NCBI GenBank assembly: GCA_047602425.1
Contig: JASGHG010000001.1
Span: forward strand, 1,184,001-1,248,000
From: Nibricoccus sp.
Lineage (GTDB): Bacteria; Verrucomicrobiota; Verrucomicrobiia; Opitutales; Opitutaceae
DNA: 64,000 nt
Reading direction: 5' to 3'
Program-made: the position numbers and the translations under genes
Part shown: piece by piece, positions 10,088 to 20,058 of the stretch
Numbering within the stretch: position 1 is the first letter of the stretch
Layout of the letters: each line of letters starts with the position of its first letter
Notes under the pieces: generated by a model
Seen by the model: the letters and a program-made list of their open reading frames with translations, nothing else
Told to the model about the DNA's origin: nothing
The model's database searches: none

Positions 10088-11170
10088 GTGCCGCTTTCCA
10101 CCGATCTCTTTGACTATTCGCTTCCGCCACAACTCGTCGCGCAAACACCGGCCGCACGGCGCGATCAATCCCGACTGCTCGTTGTGGATCGCTCCCGCCA
10201 CACGATCTCCCATCACATTTTTACCGATCTGCCGCAATTTCTCAGGCCCAGCGATACTCTGATTCGCAACAATGCCAGCGTCCTTCCCGCCCGCTTGCTC
10301 GCCCGGCGCCCTACCGGCGGCGCAGTCGAATGTTTCTTGCTCCATGCCGAACCAACCCGCGGCGCCAACATCTGGGTCTGCCTCATCAAGCCCGGAAAAA
10401 AACTGCCTGTGGGAGCAACATTCAGCCATGGCGGAACCTTTACTGGTGAAATCCTAGAAAAATTCGAAGATGGTTCCGCCTGCGTGCGTTTCGCCACAGA
10501 ACACGACGAGCCCATCGCCGAAGTCGCCAACCGGCTCGGCCAGATTCCCCTTCCCCCTTACATCGAACGCGAGGGCACGCCCGCCGAACGCGCTCACGAT
10601 CTCGAACGCTACCAAACCGTCTACGCCAATCGCGCCAGACAGGTAGCCGTGGCCGCACCCACCGCAGGGCTGCACTTCACGCCCGAACTACTCGCCAAAC
10701 TCCAAAACGCGGGCGTTGGCACGGCCGAGGTCACGCTCCACGTGGGTCTGGGCACCTTCAAGCCCATCACCGCCTCCACCATCGAAGACCACGCGATCCA
10801 TCGCGAAATCTACGAAATGCCCGCCGAGACCCAGCGCGTGCTGTTCGCGCGGAATGGCGGCCGCCGGATTGCCGTCGGCACAACAAGTGTGCGCACGGTG
10901 GAGGATTTTCTCTCCAGGCACCAGGCGCCCTCAGAAAAAACGTACGTCGGCGAAGCCGATATTTTCATTTTTCCGCCCCATGACTTTCGCGGAATCGATG
11001 CGCTTATCACCAATTTCCATCAGCCCCGGTCAACATTACTCTGCCTCGTCTCGGCCTTTCTCGCGCCAAGCTCGACCGATGGCATCGCTTGGCTGCGAGA
11101 GATTTACGCCGAGGCCATTGCGCGTGAATATCGCTTTTTCAGTTATGGAGATGCCATGCTGATTTTGTAG
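10088..11170 (+). CDS. queA: S-adenosylmethionine:tRNA ribosyltransferase-isomerase
   Basis: FDYSLP, SRLLV, PLPPYI, RYQTVYA, AAPTAGLHFT, TLHVGLGTF, AVGTTSVR, TNFHQPRSTL, YRFFSYGDAML. Confidence 0.96.
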   Translation: MPLSTDLFDYSLPPQLVAQTPAARRDQSRLLVVDRSRHTISHHIFTDLPQFLRPSDTLIRNNASVLPARLLARRPTGGAVECFLLHAEPTRGANIWVCLIKPGKKLPVGATFSHGGTFTGEILEKFEDGSACVRFATEHDEPIAEVANRLGQIPLPPYIEREGTPAERAHDLERYQTVYANRARQVAVAAPTAGLHFTPELLAKLQNAGVGTAEVTLHVGLGTFKPITASTIEDHAIHREIYEMPAETQRVLFARNGGRRIAVGTTSVRTVEDFLSRHQAPSEKTYVGEADIFIFPPHDFRGIDALITNFHQPRSTLLCLVSAFLAPSSTDGIAWLREIYAEAIAREYRFFSYGDAMLIL

Positions 11171-11251
11171 TGAAAAAAACGCGGGCATCGCTTGCGCCCG
11201 GAGAAAAGTTGGGCTTTTTGTGGCGATTAGTTAAACATCAAACTATTTGCT

Positions 11252-11842
11252 ATGAAAACATCCTGTCGTCTGTTCCTCGCCGTGGCCGCCGTCGCGACCG
11301 CTTTCGCCCAAACCGCTTCCGCCGCGGTCGAAACCTACAAAATCGATCCCGTGCATTCGTCGGTCGGCTTCAGCATCCGCCACTTCGTGAGCAAAGTGCC
11401 CGGCACTTTCACCAAGTTCTCCGGTACCATCACCGTGGATCGCGATAATCTCGAAAAATCCTCCGTCGAAGCCACAATCGAGGTCGCCAGCGTCAATACC
11501 GCCAACGAAAAACGCGACGCGCATCTGCAGTCTCCCGACTTTTTCGACAGCGCCAAATACGGCACCGCTACTTTCAAAAGCAAATCGTGGAAAAAGACCG
11601 GCGAAGACGCCTTTGATGTAACCGGCGATCTCACTCTCCATGGCGTGACCAAACCCGTCGTGCTCAAAGCCAAACTCCTTGGGTTCGGCGAAGGCATGAA
11701 GGGCGCCAAGCTCTCCGGTTGGGAAGTCACCGGCGTGATCAACAAAGCCGACTTTGGCGTGAATGGACCCTCCATGCTCGGCAAGGCCCTCGGCGACGAA
11801 GTCACGATCAACATCGGCATCGAAGCCAGCTTGCAGCAGTAA
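11252..11842 (+). CDS. YceI-family periplasmic lipid/polyisoprenoid-binding protein
   Basis: Signal peptide, YKIDPVHSSVGFSIRH, RDAHLQSPDFFD, GDLTLHGVTKPV. Confidence 0.92.
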   Translation: MKTSCRLFLAVAAVATAFAQTASAAVETYKIDPVHSSVGFSIRHFVSKVPGTFTKFSGTITVDRDNLEKSSVEATIEVASVNTANEKRDAHLQSPDFFDSAKYGTATFKSKSWKKTGEDAFDVTGDLTLHGVTKPVVLKAKLLGFGEGMKGAKLSGWEVTGVINKADFGVNGPSMLGKALGDEVTINIGIEASLQQ

Positions 11843-11863
11843 ACGATTTCACCCGCAGTACTC

Positions 11864-11898
11864 GAAGGGACGGCCTTTTTCGGCCGTCCTTTCTTTTT
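11864..11898 (+). terminator. Intrinsic terminator after the YceI gene
   Basis: GAAGGGACGGCC-loop-GGCCGTCCTTTC followed by a T run. Confidence 0.65.
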
Positions 11899-11924
11899 GC
11901 TCAACTCTGCGTAACTTCCCTTCC

Positions 11925-12287
11925 ATGTCCGCCACCGATATCCAGACTCTGATCGACGACGCCACTTTCGATTTCACGATGGGCGAACATTCCGCCGCGC
12001 TGGAAAAACTGGGCCGCGCCACGGCCCAAGCACCGGACTCCTTCGCCGCCTGGCACGCGCTCGCCGAAATCAATTTTCATCTCCGCAACTTCGATGAAGC
12101 CCTGCGCGCCGCCGAACGCGCTCACGCGCTTTCCCCGGAGGATCTTTTCATCAATACCACCCTCTCGCGCATCTGGATGGAAAAAGGCGACAAGGCCACC
12201 GCGGAAAAATTTGGCGCGCAGGCAAAAATTCTCACTTGGAAAGATCAACTGAAGAATCCCGCCAATCACGCCAGCGGCCTGAGCTAA
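11925..12287 (+). CDS. Small TPR-repeat protein
   Basis: TPR-like helices (AWHALAEINFHLRNFDEALRAAERAHALSPED). Start reassigned to MSATDIQ. Confidence 0.75.
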   Translation: MSATDIQTLIDDATFDFTMGEHSAALEKLGRATAQAPDSFAAWHALAEINFHLRNFDEALRAAERAHALSPEDLFINTTLSRIWMEKGDKATAEKFGAQAKILTWKDQLKNPANHASGLS

Positions 12288-12293
12288 ACGGCC

Positions 12294-14855
12294 TCACGGG
12301 CGCACGACCAATTGGGTGCGCAAACTGCGTTGGAAATATTTCCGCGCAAATGCCGCCAGCCCGTCGATTGTCACCGCATCGATATAGCCGCCATAATTTT
12401 GCCAGTCATTCAGCGGCTGCCCGCAAAGAGCGTTGAGCCCGGCCTGCATGGCGCGCGAGGAGTTTGTCTGCAGGCTCATCCGGCGCGCCGCCTTCAAACG
12501 TGTCTGACAACGAACCAACTCCTCTGCAGTAACCCGACCAGCCTGCACGCGTGCAATTTCGGCGTCGAATTCCGTCAGCACTTCGGTGTAGCTCTTGGGA
12601 CTGGTTCCGGCATAAAAAGTAAACATGCCCGTCTCCAGCCCGCTCACACGGGTGGAGCGGACAAAATACGCCAGTCCTTTTTCCTCCCGCACGCGTTCAA
12701 ACAAGCGCGACGACATGCCGCTGAAAAGTTCATCCGCCACCTCTCCGGTATAAAAATCCGGCGAGCACAAACCTGTGCCCGGAAAGGCCTGGAATACCAC
12801 CGCCTGTTCGCGGGGCTGAATTTCCACGAAATCGCCCACTTCGGCGGGGTTCTCGAACTTTATCGCCGGCGCAACAAGCGTTCCACGCGGCACACGGCCG
12901 AGCAGTTTTTTCAGACGCGGCACCAACGTTCGCCGGTCAAAATCGCCTGCGACCGCCAAGACCACGTTTCCCGCGACGAATAGTTTTTTCCACAATGCAG
13001 CAAGGTCGGCGGGTCTCAGCGCCTGCAAACCATCGATATCGCCACCCGGTTCCACACCCAACGGATAAGCTCCAAAAAATTTCTTTCGCACCAGTTTTCG
13101 TCCCACGGTCACAACATCGTCTGCATCCTGCTTCAGCTCGGCGATCTGCGCCTCGCATTCGGTCTTGAAAGTGGACGCTTTGAATGCCGGTGTAAAAATC
13201 GCCTCCTCCAGCAAGGCCAGCGCGCGGTCAATATCGGTCGGCAGCACCTCGGCCGCGAGACCAAGACTGTTGTTTCCGGAAAACGGAGAGAATGAACCGC
13301 CTACTTCCTCGATAAACTGAGCCACTTCAGCCGCGCTGCGCTGGCGGGTGTCCTTGGTTAGCATCGTCGCCAGCAGGCTGGTGGCTCCACGTTTGCCAGG
13401 CGTCTCGTAAAGCGCGCCGCCCAGACAAAGCAGGCGCAGATGGATATTGGGCAAATGCGGTTCGTGCTGCAGGAGCAAGCGCGCGCCGCCGGGCAGCTTG
13501 ATCTCCTCAAATTCGACCGTCTTTGGCGCGGTCTCTTTGGCGATATTCGCTGAATCGTTTTTCTCCAATGGGTCCAGCGAGACCGCCGTGCGTCGCGAGG
13601 GCACAAGATACGTTTTGATCACACGCTTCAGATCGGCGTTCGTCGCAGCACGCAGTTTCTCGAAATAATGTTCGGCAAATCCGATGTCGCCCGCCACCAC
13701 TTCGGCCGCGCCAAGACGGGCCGCCTGGCCGCTCATTGTTTTGCGGGAGTTGATCTCGCCCACCACAAGCTGGCGGATCGCTTTGCTCACCTGCGTCGGA
13801 CTGAAACCGCGTTCGGCGCAACGGGCGACCTCGCGCTCGATCGCCGCCGTGGCCGCCTCGCGTTTTCCCGCGTCGCAAGTGAACGAAATGTAGAAGAGTC
13901 CGATATCCGCCGGGGTCCAGCTGTGCGTGTCAATCGAGTGAACAAGGCGGGCCTTTTCGCGCACTGCCTGCCACAGAACCGAACTATCGCCTCCACCTAA
14001 CATCGTCGAAACAAGATCCAGCAACGGCGCGTCCGCATGCGCGATGCCCGGGATATGCCAGGCCAGCCCGGAACGCGTCAGTTCAACCGCTTCCTGTTTA
14101 TGCAATGCGCGGGGAGCAAGCTGCGCAGTCTCCTCGGCCAGCAGCACGGGTGCAAGGCGCTGGCGCGGGGCTGAGCCAAAATGCCTCGCGATTTCCGCCA
14201 GCGTGCCCTGGGGCTCGACGTCGCCGGCCACGACTACCACGAGGTTATTCGGCACGTAGCGCGATCGGTAATATCCCACGAGTTCCTCACGGGTCACTCC
14301 CGAGAATATTTCCCTGTAACCAATAATCGGATACTTAAACGGATGCTGGCGGAATGCCGTGTCAAAGAGCGTCTCGCCCAGCCGTTGGTCCGGATCGTCG
14401 CGCCCCATGTCGATTTCGCGCAGGATGACGTCCTTCTCGCGCGTCACTTCGTCGGCCGGCAGGGTGGCATGCAGCGTCATATCGGCCAGTAGATCGATCG
14501 CCACGCCTACATGCTCCGACGGCAAATCGATGTAATAGACGGTGCGGTCGAACGTCGTGTAGGCATTGATGTAACCGCCATGCGCCTGCACTGTAGTTGA
14601 AATTTCCCTTCCGGCCCGGCGCGCCGTGCCTTTGAAAAGCATGTGTTCCAGATAGTGCGAAAGCCCCGCGCCGAGCAGCGCGCCTTCATGAATGCTACCC
14701 GTCTTCACCCAAACCTGAACCGACGCCACCGGAGCCGAATGGTCGGGCTTGAGGAGCACCGTCAGGCCATTGGGGAGCACGGTGCGCTCAACCGGTTCCC
14801 GCCAGAAGGTGTCAAGCAGACGGAAATCGGAAGCTGAGGTGTCTTTTTTGGGCAT
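12294..14855 (-). CDS. M16 (pitrilysin-family) zinc peptidase with two fused halves
   Basis: Inverted zincin motif HYLEH (HxxEH), NAYTTFDRT, and SSRLFERVREEKGLAY in the second half. Confidence 0.9.
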   Translation of the reverse strand: MPKKDTSASDFRLLDTFWREPVERTVLPNGLTVLLKPDHSAPVASVQVWVKTGSIHEGALLGAGLSHYLEHMLFKGTARRAGREISTTVQAHGGYINAYTTFDRTVYYIDLPSEHVGVAIDLLADMTLHATLPADEVTREKDVILREIDMGRDDPDQRLGETLFDTAFRQHPFKYPIIGYREIFSGVTREELVGYYRSRYVPNNLVVVVAGDVEPQGTLAEIARHFGSAPRQRLAPVLLAEETAQLAPRALHKQEAVELTRSGLAWHIPGIAHADAPLLDLVSTMLGGGDSSVLWQAVREKARLVHSIDTHSWTPADIGLFYISFTCDAGKREAATAAIEREVARCAERGFSPTQVSKAIRQLVVGEINSRKTMSGQAARLGAAEVVAGDIGFAEHYFEKLRAATNADLKRVIKTYLVPSRRTAVSLDPLEKNDSANIAKETAPKTVEFEEIKLPGGARLLLQHEPHLPNIHLRLLCLGGALYETPGKRGATSLLATMLTKDTRQRSAAEVAQFIEEVGGSFSPFSGNNSLGLAAEVLPTDIDRALALLEEAIFTPAFKASTFKTECEAQIAELKQDADDVVTVGRKLVRKKFFGAYPLGVEPGGDIDGLQALRPADLAALWKKLFVAGNVVLAVAGDFDRRTLVPRLKKLLGRVPRGTLVAPAIKFENPAEVGDFVEIQPREQAVVFQAFPGTGLCSPDFYTGEVADELFSGMSSRLFERVREEKGLAYFVRSTRVSGLETGMFTFYAGTSPKSYTEVLTEFDAEIARVQAGRVTAEELVRCQTRLKAARRMSLQTNSSRAMQAGLNALCGQPLNDWQNYGGYIDAVTIDGLAAFARKYFQRSLRTQLVVRP

Positions 14856-14933
14856 GATAAGGTGTTTTTTCTAACTCCAACCAATCGGTTAGGCACAAGC
14901 GTTCAGCAAAGCTCGGTCGCAATATAAGCGCGA

Positions 14934-15374
14934 TTAGGCAGAATCCGCAGTTTCAGCCGTTGGTGACCGCGCACGAGGCTTTCTCGTGGGCAAAAAGGGC
15001 TTCACGAAAGCATCATCGAAAGAGTAAATGTCCGAAAAGTCCTCGCGACGGTCATTCTCCGTCTTACTGAAGACGTTGTATTCAATTAGGTTAAAAACAA
15101 GATCACCAAAATCGCCGCAGCGAGTGATACCCCAGGAGTTCAAAACCGTCTTCGCCAGCGGACCATATTGATCCAGCGCGTAACTACGCAGGCCTTCAAG
15201 TAATTCAGCTCCGGACACGTGCTGACTGCGTTGAGCACGTTCGGTATCTTTTTTGCGCAAGTCCTTCACCGTCTGATCCAAGCCGTGGCGGATAAACGTG
15301 TAGGCTTTGCGGTCGTACCGGGGGTCTTCCTTGTGAATGAGCTCAACAACTTCGTTAAAATCCAGATCCTGCAT
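14934..15374 (-). CDS. Conserved PVC-group protein (Minf_1886-like)
   Basis: DPRY...AY.F...L...HVSG.ELL.G.R..AL.QYGPLA..VL..WG.....DFG..VFNL pattern, recalled from Planctomycete/Verrucomicrobia proteins. Confidence 0.7.
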   Translation of the reverse strand: MQDLDFNEVVELIHKEDPRYDRKAYTFIRHGLDQTVKDLRKKDTERAQRSQHVSGAELLEGLRSYALDQYGPLAKTVLNSWGITRCGDFGDLVFNLIEYNVFSKTENDRREDFSDIYSFDDAFVKPFLPTRKPRARSPTAETADSA

Positions 15375-15558
15375 GTTTTTCGAGTCTCTGACTACGTCTT
15401 AAACCGCATCAACCTCAAGCCTCCCGATAAAAAAAGTATCAGGTTTCCCCCTCTCGCGGGTGTAGGGGAAAATCTGGTATTGAAATAATTTTGCATAAGG
15501 CCTTACTTCCAATTTGCCATCATAGGCTAAACTGATCCCTATAAAAGAGCCTTAACCC

Positions 15559-16131
15559 ATGATCGCTTCTACCCAGACCAACCACCCTTTGGCTTCCGTC
15601 AAACAACCGGGTGCCAAACCCCAGGCCGCGATCGACGCCGCCTGCAGTCGGCTAAAAGCAGCTGGATTGCGAATCACCCAACCCCGTGTGGCGATCTTGG
15701 AAGCCCTGATTAAGCGAGCCCAACCAGCCAGTATCGAGCAAATCCACAACGACCTGTCCAATTCCGCGTGCGATCTCGTTACCGTCTATCGCTGTCTCGC
15801 TGCCTTTCAGGAAGTGGGCCTCGTCCGTCTTTGCTACTTTCACAACGGCACCAGCCTTTACCAAATCAACATCGAGACTGAGAGCCCTTACCATATCGTT
15901 TCCAAGGAAACCAACGAGGTGGAACAGCTGGATCAGGAAAGCTCGGCTGAACTCCGTGCAGTCTTGAGCCGGATCCAGGAATCGCTCCGCGCCCGCGGCT
16001 ACACCGAAGTTTCGCACATGGTTCAATTCTTCGCCCAAAAGCCGAAGTATTCCAACCCTCGCGAACAAGCCGCCGCCACCGCTTCGCTGCAAGCTCCCCA
16101 ACGCAATCAAGCTCCCGCGATTAAGGCCTGA
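15559..16131 (+). CDS. Fur-family transcriptional regulator (atypical metal sites)
   Basis: LKAAGLRITQPRVAILEAL...SIEQIH...DLVTVYRCL.AF.EVGLV winged helix. Confidence 0.8.
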   Translation: MIASTQTNHPLASVKQPGAKPQAAIDAACSRLKAAGLRITQPRVAILEALIKRAQPASIEQIHNDLSNSACDLVTVYRCLAAFQEVGLVRLCYFHNGTSLYQINIETESPYHIVSKETNEVEQLDQESSAELRAVLSRIQESLRARGYTEVSHMVQFFAQKPKYSNPREQAAATASLQAPQRNQAPAIKA

Positions 16132-16156
16132 GCTTCGGCCTGACCGCCATCATTTT

Positions 16157-16188
16157 AAAACGCCGCACCGAAAGGTCGGCGTTTTTTT
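16157..16188 (+). terminator. Probably bidirectional intrinsic terminator between the Fur-family gene and sod
   Basis: AAAACGCCG-CACCGAAAGGT-CGGCGTTTTTTT. Confidence 0.7.
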
Positions 16189-16237
16189 GCGTGGTCATGG
16201 ATTTTGCAACCTCGCGTTTGCGATGGCTCCGGAATTT

Positions 16238-16987
16238 TCACCCCGCAAATGCGTGGGTGTAATTCTGGGCGGCCTGCTCCCAGTTTACCACATTCCAGAA
16301 TGCCGTCACATAATCCGCCCGCTTGTTTTGATATTTCAGGTAATACGCGTGCTCCCAGACATCCAAGCCGAGCACGGGAATTTCGCCGGTCATCAGAGGC
16401 GAATCCTGGTTCGCGCTGGATTTCAGTACGAGCTTACCCTTCGAAACCACCAGCCAAGCCCAACCGCTGCCAAAACGTTTCATGGCAGCATCGGCGAACT
16501 GCATCTTAAACTGATCGAAACCGCCAAACGTTTTTGAAATCGCCTGCGCCAGTTCGCCCTTGGGTTCGCCTCCGGCGTTTGGCGCCAGAATTTGCCAGAA
16601 AAAGGCGTGGTTCACGTGTCCGCCCAGATTATTGCGCAACGTCGTGCGGTCGGGCTCCGGTAGTGAATCGAGTTTTCCAAGCAAATTCGCCGGCTCGTTG
16701 CTTAACCAATCCGGATGCTGCGCAAAGACCTTGTTCGCATTGGCGATATAGGCTTGATGGTGTTTCGTATGATGAATCTCCATCGTGCGCGCATCAATAT
16801 GCGGTTCGAGCGCATCGTAGGCGTATGGCAGTTTAGGCAAAGCCAACACCGTGGCCGTGCCGTCCGCCGAAGCGGCGCGCGAAGTTTGAAGCAAACCAAG
16901 GCTCACCAGTGCCGCCCCAGTACCCAGTGTCTTCAGCACTTCGCGACGCGTCATCCCGCCCGTTTCATTTTTCTCAGAGTAACTCAT
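16238..16987 (-). CDS. sodA: Superoxide dismutase, Mn-type signature, with Tat signal peptide
   Basis: [32 protein letters not shown] (GG, Mn-type), [22 protein letters not shown]-terminal TRREVLK twin-arginine motif. Confidence 0.9.
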   Translation of the reverse strand: MSYSEKNETGGMTRREVLKTLGTGAALVSLGLLQTSRAASADGTATVLALPKLPYAYDALEPHIDARTMEIHHTKHHQAYIANANKVFAQHPDWLSNEPANLLGKLDSLPEPDRTTLRNNLGGHVNHAFFWQILAPNAGGEPKGELAQAISKTFGGFDQFKMQFADAAMKRFGSGWAWLVVSKGKLVLKSSANQDSPLMTGEIPVLGLDVWEHAYYLKYQNKRADYVTAFWNVVNWEQAAQNYTHAFAG

Positions 16988-17038
16988 AAAAACCAGTTAC
17001 CCAGAAAACGCAGGCCCGCAATGCATGCGGGCCTTTTC

Positions 17039-17746
17039 TCAAGCGTCGTAACGATAACCTACGCCGTGCACAGTCACGATCGTACAGGGTGACTCCGCCT
17101 CGGCTTCGATTTTCTTTCGCAGTTGCGCCACGTGCTGATCGAGCGTCCGCGTCGTGCCAAAATAATCGACGCCCCACGCCGCGTTGAGCAAGGCGTCCCG
17201 CGTCAATACTTCGCCCGGATGCGACGCAAAAACCTCGATAAGCTTTAGCTCGCGCGCAGTGAGCGCCGACGCCACGCCATCGACCGTCACGGTGAATTTC
17301 TTGCGGTCGATTTCCGCCGCGCCAAACCGCAGCACCGCGGGTAAATTGTCGTTCGCAGAATCGCCCGACTGACCCGCTGCGCGCGCACGCCGCAACAATG
17401 CCTCGACCCGCGCCAGCAGTTCGTGCACGCCAAATGGCTTGGCCATATAGTCGTCCGCGCCAAGTTTCAGGCCCACGACTTTATCAATCTCCTCGCCTTT
17501 GGCGGTGAGAAAAAGCACCGGCACGCGACTGTCTCGCGCACGAATTTCGCGACAGACATCGTAGCCGCTCTTCTTCGGCATCATCACGTCGAGGATAATG
17601 AGATCGAATTTCTCCTGTGCGAAAAGTTTCAACGCCTGCGCGCCGTCGGTCGCAGCCGTCACTGCATAGCCCTCGCTCTCCAATGTGGCGGCGAGCCCCA
17701 AGCGGATATTTGTGTCGTCTTCTGCGGTTAGGATTTTTGCTTTCAT
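17039..17746 (-). CDS. OmpR/PhoB-family response regulator
   Basis: AEDD, LDVMMP, FLTAK, GADDYMAKPF, and winged helix RTLDQHVAQLRKKIE...VHGVGY. Confidence 0.93.
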   Translation of the reverse strand: MKAKILTAEDDTNIRLGLAATLESEGYAVTAATDGAQALKLFAQEKFDLIILDVMMPKKSGYDVCREIRARDSRVPVLFLTAKGEEIDKVVGLKLGADDYMAKPFGVHELLARVEALLRRARAAGQSGDSANDNLPAVLRFGAAEIDRKKFTVTVDGVASALTARELKLIEVFASHPGEVLTRDALLNAAWGVDYFGTTRTLDQHVAQLRKKIEAEAESPCTIVTVHGVGYRYDA

Positions 17747-19551
17747 GGCAGTTCCAAAACGAATTCCGCACCACCGCCGGTCCGCGTCTGATAGCGCAAC
17801 TCCCCGCCCAAGCCGCGCGCCAGCTGCCGTGCGATGCTCAAGCCGAGCCCGGCACCGCCTTTTTCGGCCGTGAGCGTCTCGTCCACCCGGTGGAATTTCT
17901 CGAAAATCCTTTCGCGATGTCCCGTCGGCACGCCCCGCCCACGATCACTCACCACAATCTCCGCACCACCCGATGCACGCCGTCGCAAAGTCACAAGCGC
18001 CTCATGTCCGTCGCAGGCGTATTTGCAGGCGTTGTCGAGCAGGTTGAGCACGATCTGTTCGACCGCGTCGCGATCTGTGACAACCGAGACAATCTCCACC
18101 GGTAAATCGCGTTTCAATTCCAGTCCCGCCTCCGCAATGCGAGGTGCATGCACGTCGAGCAATTGCGCAAGCGCGGCCGTCAAATCCAGTGGCTCGCGCT
18201 GGTACTTTTTGCGTCCCTGCTCCAGCCGGCTGAAATCGAGCACGTTGTTCACCAAGCGGGCGAGACGCTGCGTCTCTCGCCCAATGGTTCGCAGATAGTC
18301 GTTGCGTTTTTCGTTCTCGGCAACGCGGCCTTGCTCCAGAAGTTCAGAATAGAGACGAATCGTTGTCAGCGGCGTTTTGAACTCATGCGAAACATTCGCG
18401 ACGAAAGAGGTCTTCTGCGCTGCATCGGCTGCGCTGCTGCGCGCCTGAAAAAGTAAAAGCGAACCACCCACGAGAATCGCCACCACCAAAATTCCCGCTA
18501 GCAGCAGGCCAATCGTGAAAAACCCGCCGCCATTTTCCATCGGCGCGTAGACAAGGTAAGCGGCAACCTCCCATCCGGGAAGCAATGCCGAGGCCAGCGG
18601 AATGCGCGCCGCTGGCGTGGCACCGTTTTCAGGCACCTTCCCCGCTTGATGAATCACCCTTCCTTTGTCGTCACGCAATATATAACCTTCGTCCGTCGCC
18701 AATTCCGATGGCAAGGCGCCGCTCAGGCGTGAGACGAGCGCGGTCATTTCCACTTCGACCCCGCGCACTTCGTCCGAACCAGCGGGACGAACCCAGCCCA
18801 ACAGGTGCAATCTGCCCTCCGCGACCATGGGCGTCCATCCTCGGATTTCCGGCGCACGCGCAGCCGCCGGAGCTGCGGCAGCCAACACTTTTTTCTTATC
18901 CGCATCGGCTTCCCGTTTCTCCAGATCCTTTCGTTCATCGCTGAAGCCGTAGGACGACGTTTTGGCACGCGCGAGGGACTGCGTCTCCTTGCGGGCGCTC
19001 TGCACTTTTGAAACGTTGGAGGTCACTTGCTGACGGTTGTTGTCCTCAACTTGAAACGCCTGCTCCTCCGCCAGCGTTTGTTTTGCCGGAGCAGGGAGGT
19101 CAAAAGTCAGCGTTGGCGCGCGCCCCGACCATGGCGGACTTTCGAGCAAACGCGCAGCAAAACGTCGTCGGAAGCCGCGAGCATCGTCGCTTGTGACCGA
19201 ACCATTTGGGCGTAGTAAACGGCCATCCAATGCGCAGCGATAAGAGGTTCGCACCAATGGATTGTTCCGCTCCCAACCATCGAGATTGGCATCCAAACCG
19301 CTCGCCGGCATTTCCGCCAGGATGTCGATAAGGCCGTTCTCAACGTCGCCGACGAATAACTCCACATTTTCGGCCACCAGCTGCGCGCGGGACTCCACAG
19401 CCGCCTTGCGGGCGGCTTCGGTCGAGCTCTTGCGAAGGGTCAGCCGAGCCTCCTCCCGTCGCAACAACAACCACGCACCTGCGCCAACACCCAAGGCGGA
19501 CGCCAGCAGCAGGAGCCAGTAGAAGAAGAGACGGCGGGAGGTAGAGGCCAC
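17743..19551 (-). CDS. Membrane sensor histidine kinase (HisKA)
   Basis: Two TM segments, FVANVSHEFKTPL, NLLDNACKY, DRGRG, GAGLGL. Overlaps the regulator start. Confidence 0.9.
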   Translation of the reverse strand: MASTSRRLFFYWLLLLASALGVGAGAWLLLRREEARLTLRKSSTEAARKAAVESRAQLVAENVELFVGDVENGLIDILAEMPASGLDANLDGWERNNPLVRTSYRCALDGRLLRPNGSVTSDDARGFRRRFAARLLESPPWSGRAPTLTFDLPAPAKQTLAEEQAFQVEDNNRQQVTSNVSKVQSARKETQSLARAKTSSYGFSDERKDLEKREADADKKKVLAAAAPAAARAPEIRGWTPMVAEGRLHLLGWVRPAGSDEVRGVEVEMTALVSRLSGALPSELATDEGYILRDDKGRVIHQAGKVPENGATPAARIPLASALLPGWEVAAYLVYAPMENGGGFFTIGLLLAGILVVAILVGGSLLLFQARSSAADAAQKTSFVANVSHEFKTPLTTIRLYSELLEQGRVAENEKRNDYLRTIGRETQRLARLVNNVLDFSRLEQGRKKYQREPLDLTAALAQLLDVHAPRIAEAGLELKRDLPVEIVSVVTDRDAVEQIVLNLLDNACKYACDGHEALVTLRRRASGGAEIVVSDRGRGVPTGHRERIFEKFHRVDETLTAEKGGAGLGLSIARQLARGLGGELRYQTRTGGGAEFVLELP

Positions 19552-19557
19552 GATTAT

Positions 19558-20040
19558 TCAGGGAACGGCTTCCACTATCTTGCCTCTCGCGACTTTCAGC
19601 AAGAATTCCTCGGCCTTCGATCCACGGGGCACGACCGCGCCCCCGGCGTCTGCCCAATGGGCGGCGCCAACGTAGAACTTTTCCTCGAAGGCGCTGCCCT
19701 TGTCGTATTCGGTCTGCATTTGGGGCTTGGTGGTACAAAACAGCAGATATCGGCCGGCTCCGTCTTTCAGCGCAAACACCCGTGATCCGCCATCCAAGTA
19801 GATCATTGACACGACCAGGCTGGCGTCTTCGCCGAGCCCTGCTTCAGCCAATGTTGTCGGCAAGGGTTGGGTCGGTTTCCAAGGGTGATTGATCTCCTTG
19901 ATGTTTTTCAGAGTCTTCAATTCTGCCGAATGGTTAAGACCGTCTTCGAACTTTCCCCCGGACTGAAATTCGATGCGACTTTCGGCGGCGGAAAAAACAA
20001 CCAGTCCGAAGAACCAGAGAAACAAGATTGGCGATTTCAT
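19558..20040 (-). CDS. Hypothetical exported protein
   Basis: Signal-peptide-like N terminus. Fills the gap between the vWA gene and the kinase with 18-nt and 6-nt spacers. Confidence 0.6.
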   Translation of the reverse strand: MKSPILFLWFFGLVVFSAAESRIEFQSGGKFEDGLNHSAELKTLKNIKEINHPWKPTQPLPTTLAEAGLGEDASLVVSMIYLDGGSRVFALKDGAGRYLLFCTTKPQMQTEYDKGSAFEEKFYVGAAHWADAGGAVVPRGSKAEEFLLKVARGKIVEAVP

Positions 20041-20058
20041 ATTGCCAAAGGCTCGCAG

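Noticed and set aside
15480..15498. Canonical Fur box upstream of the Fur-family gene
   Set aside because: Only about half the positions match the 7-1-7 consensus, so it could simply be AT-rich promoter DNA.
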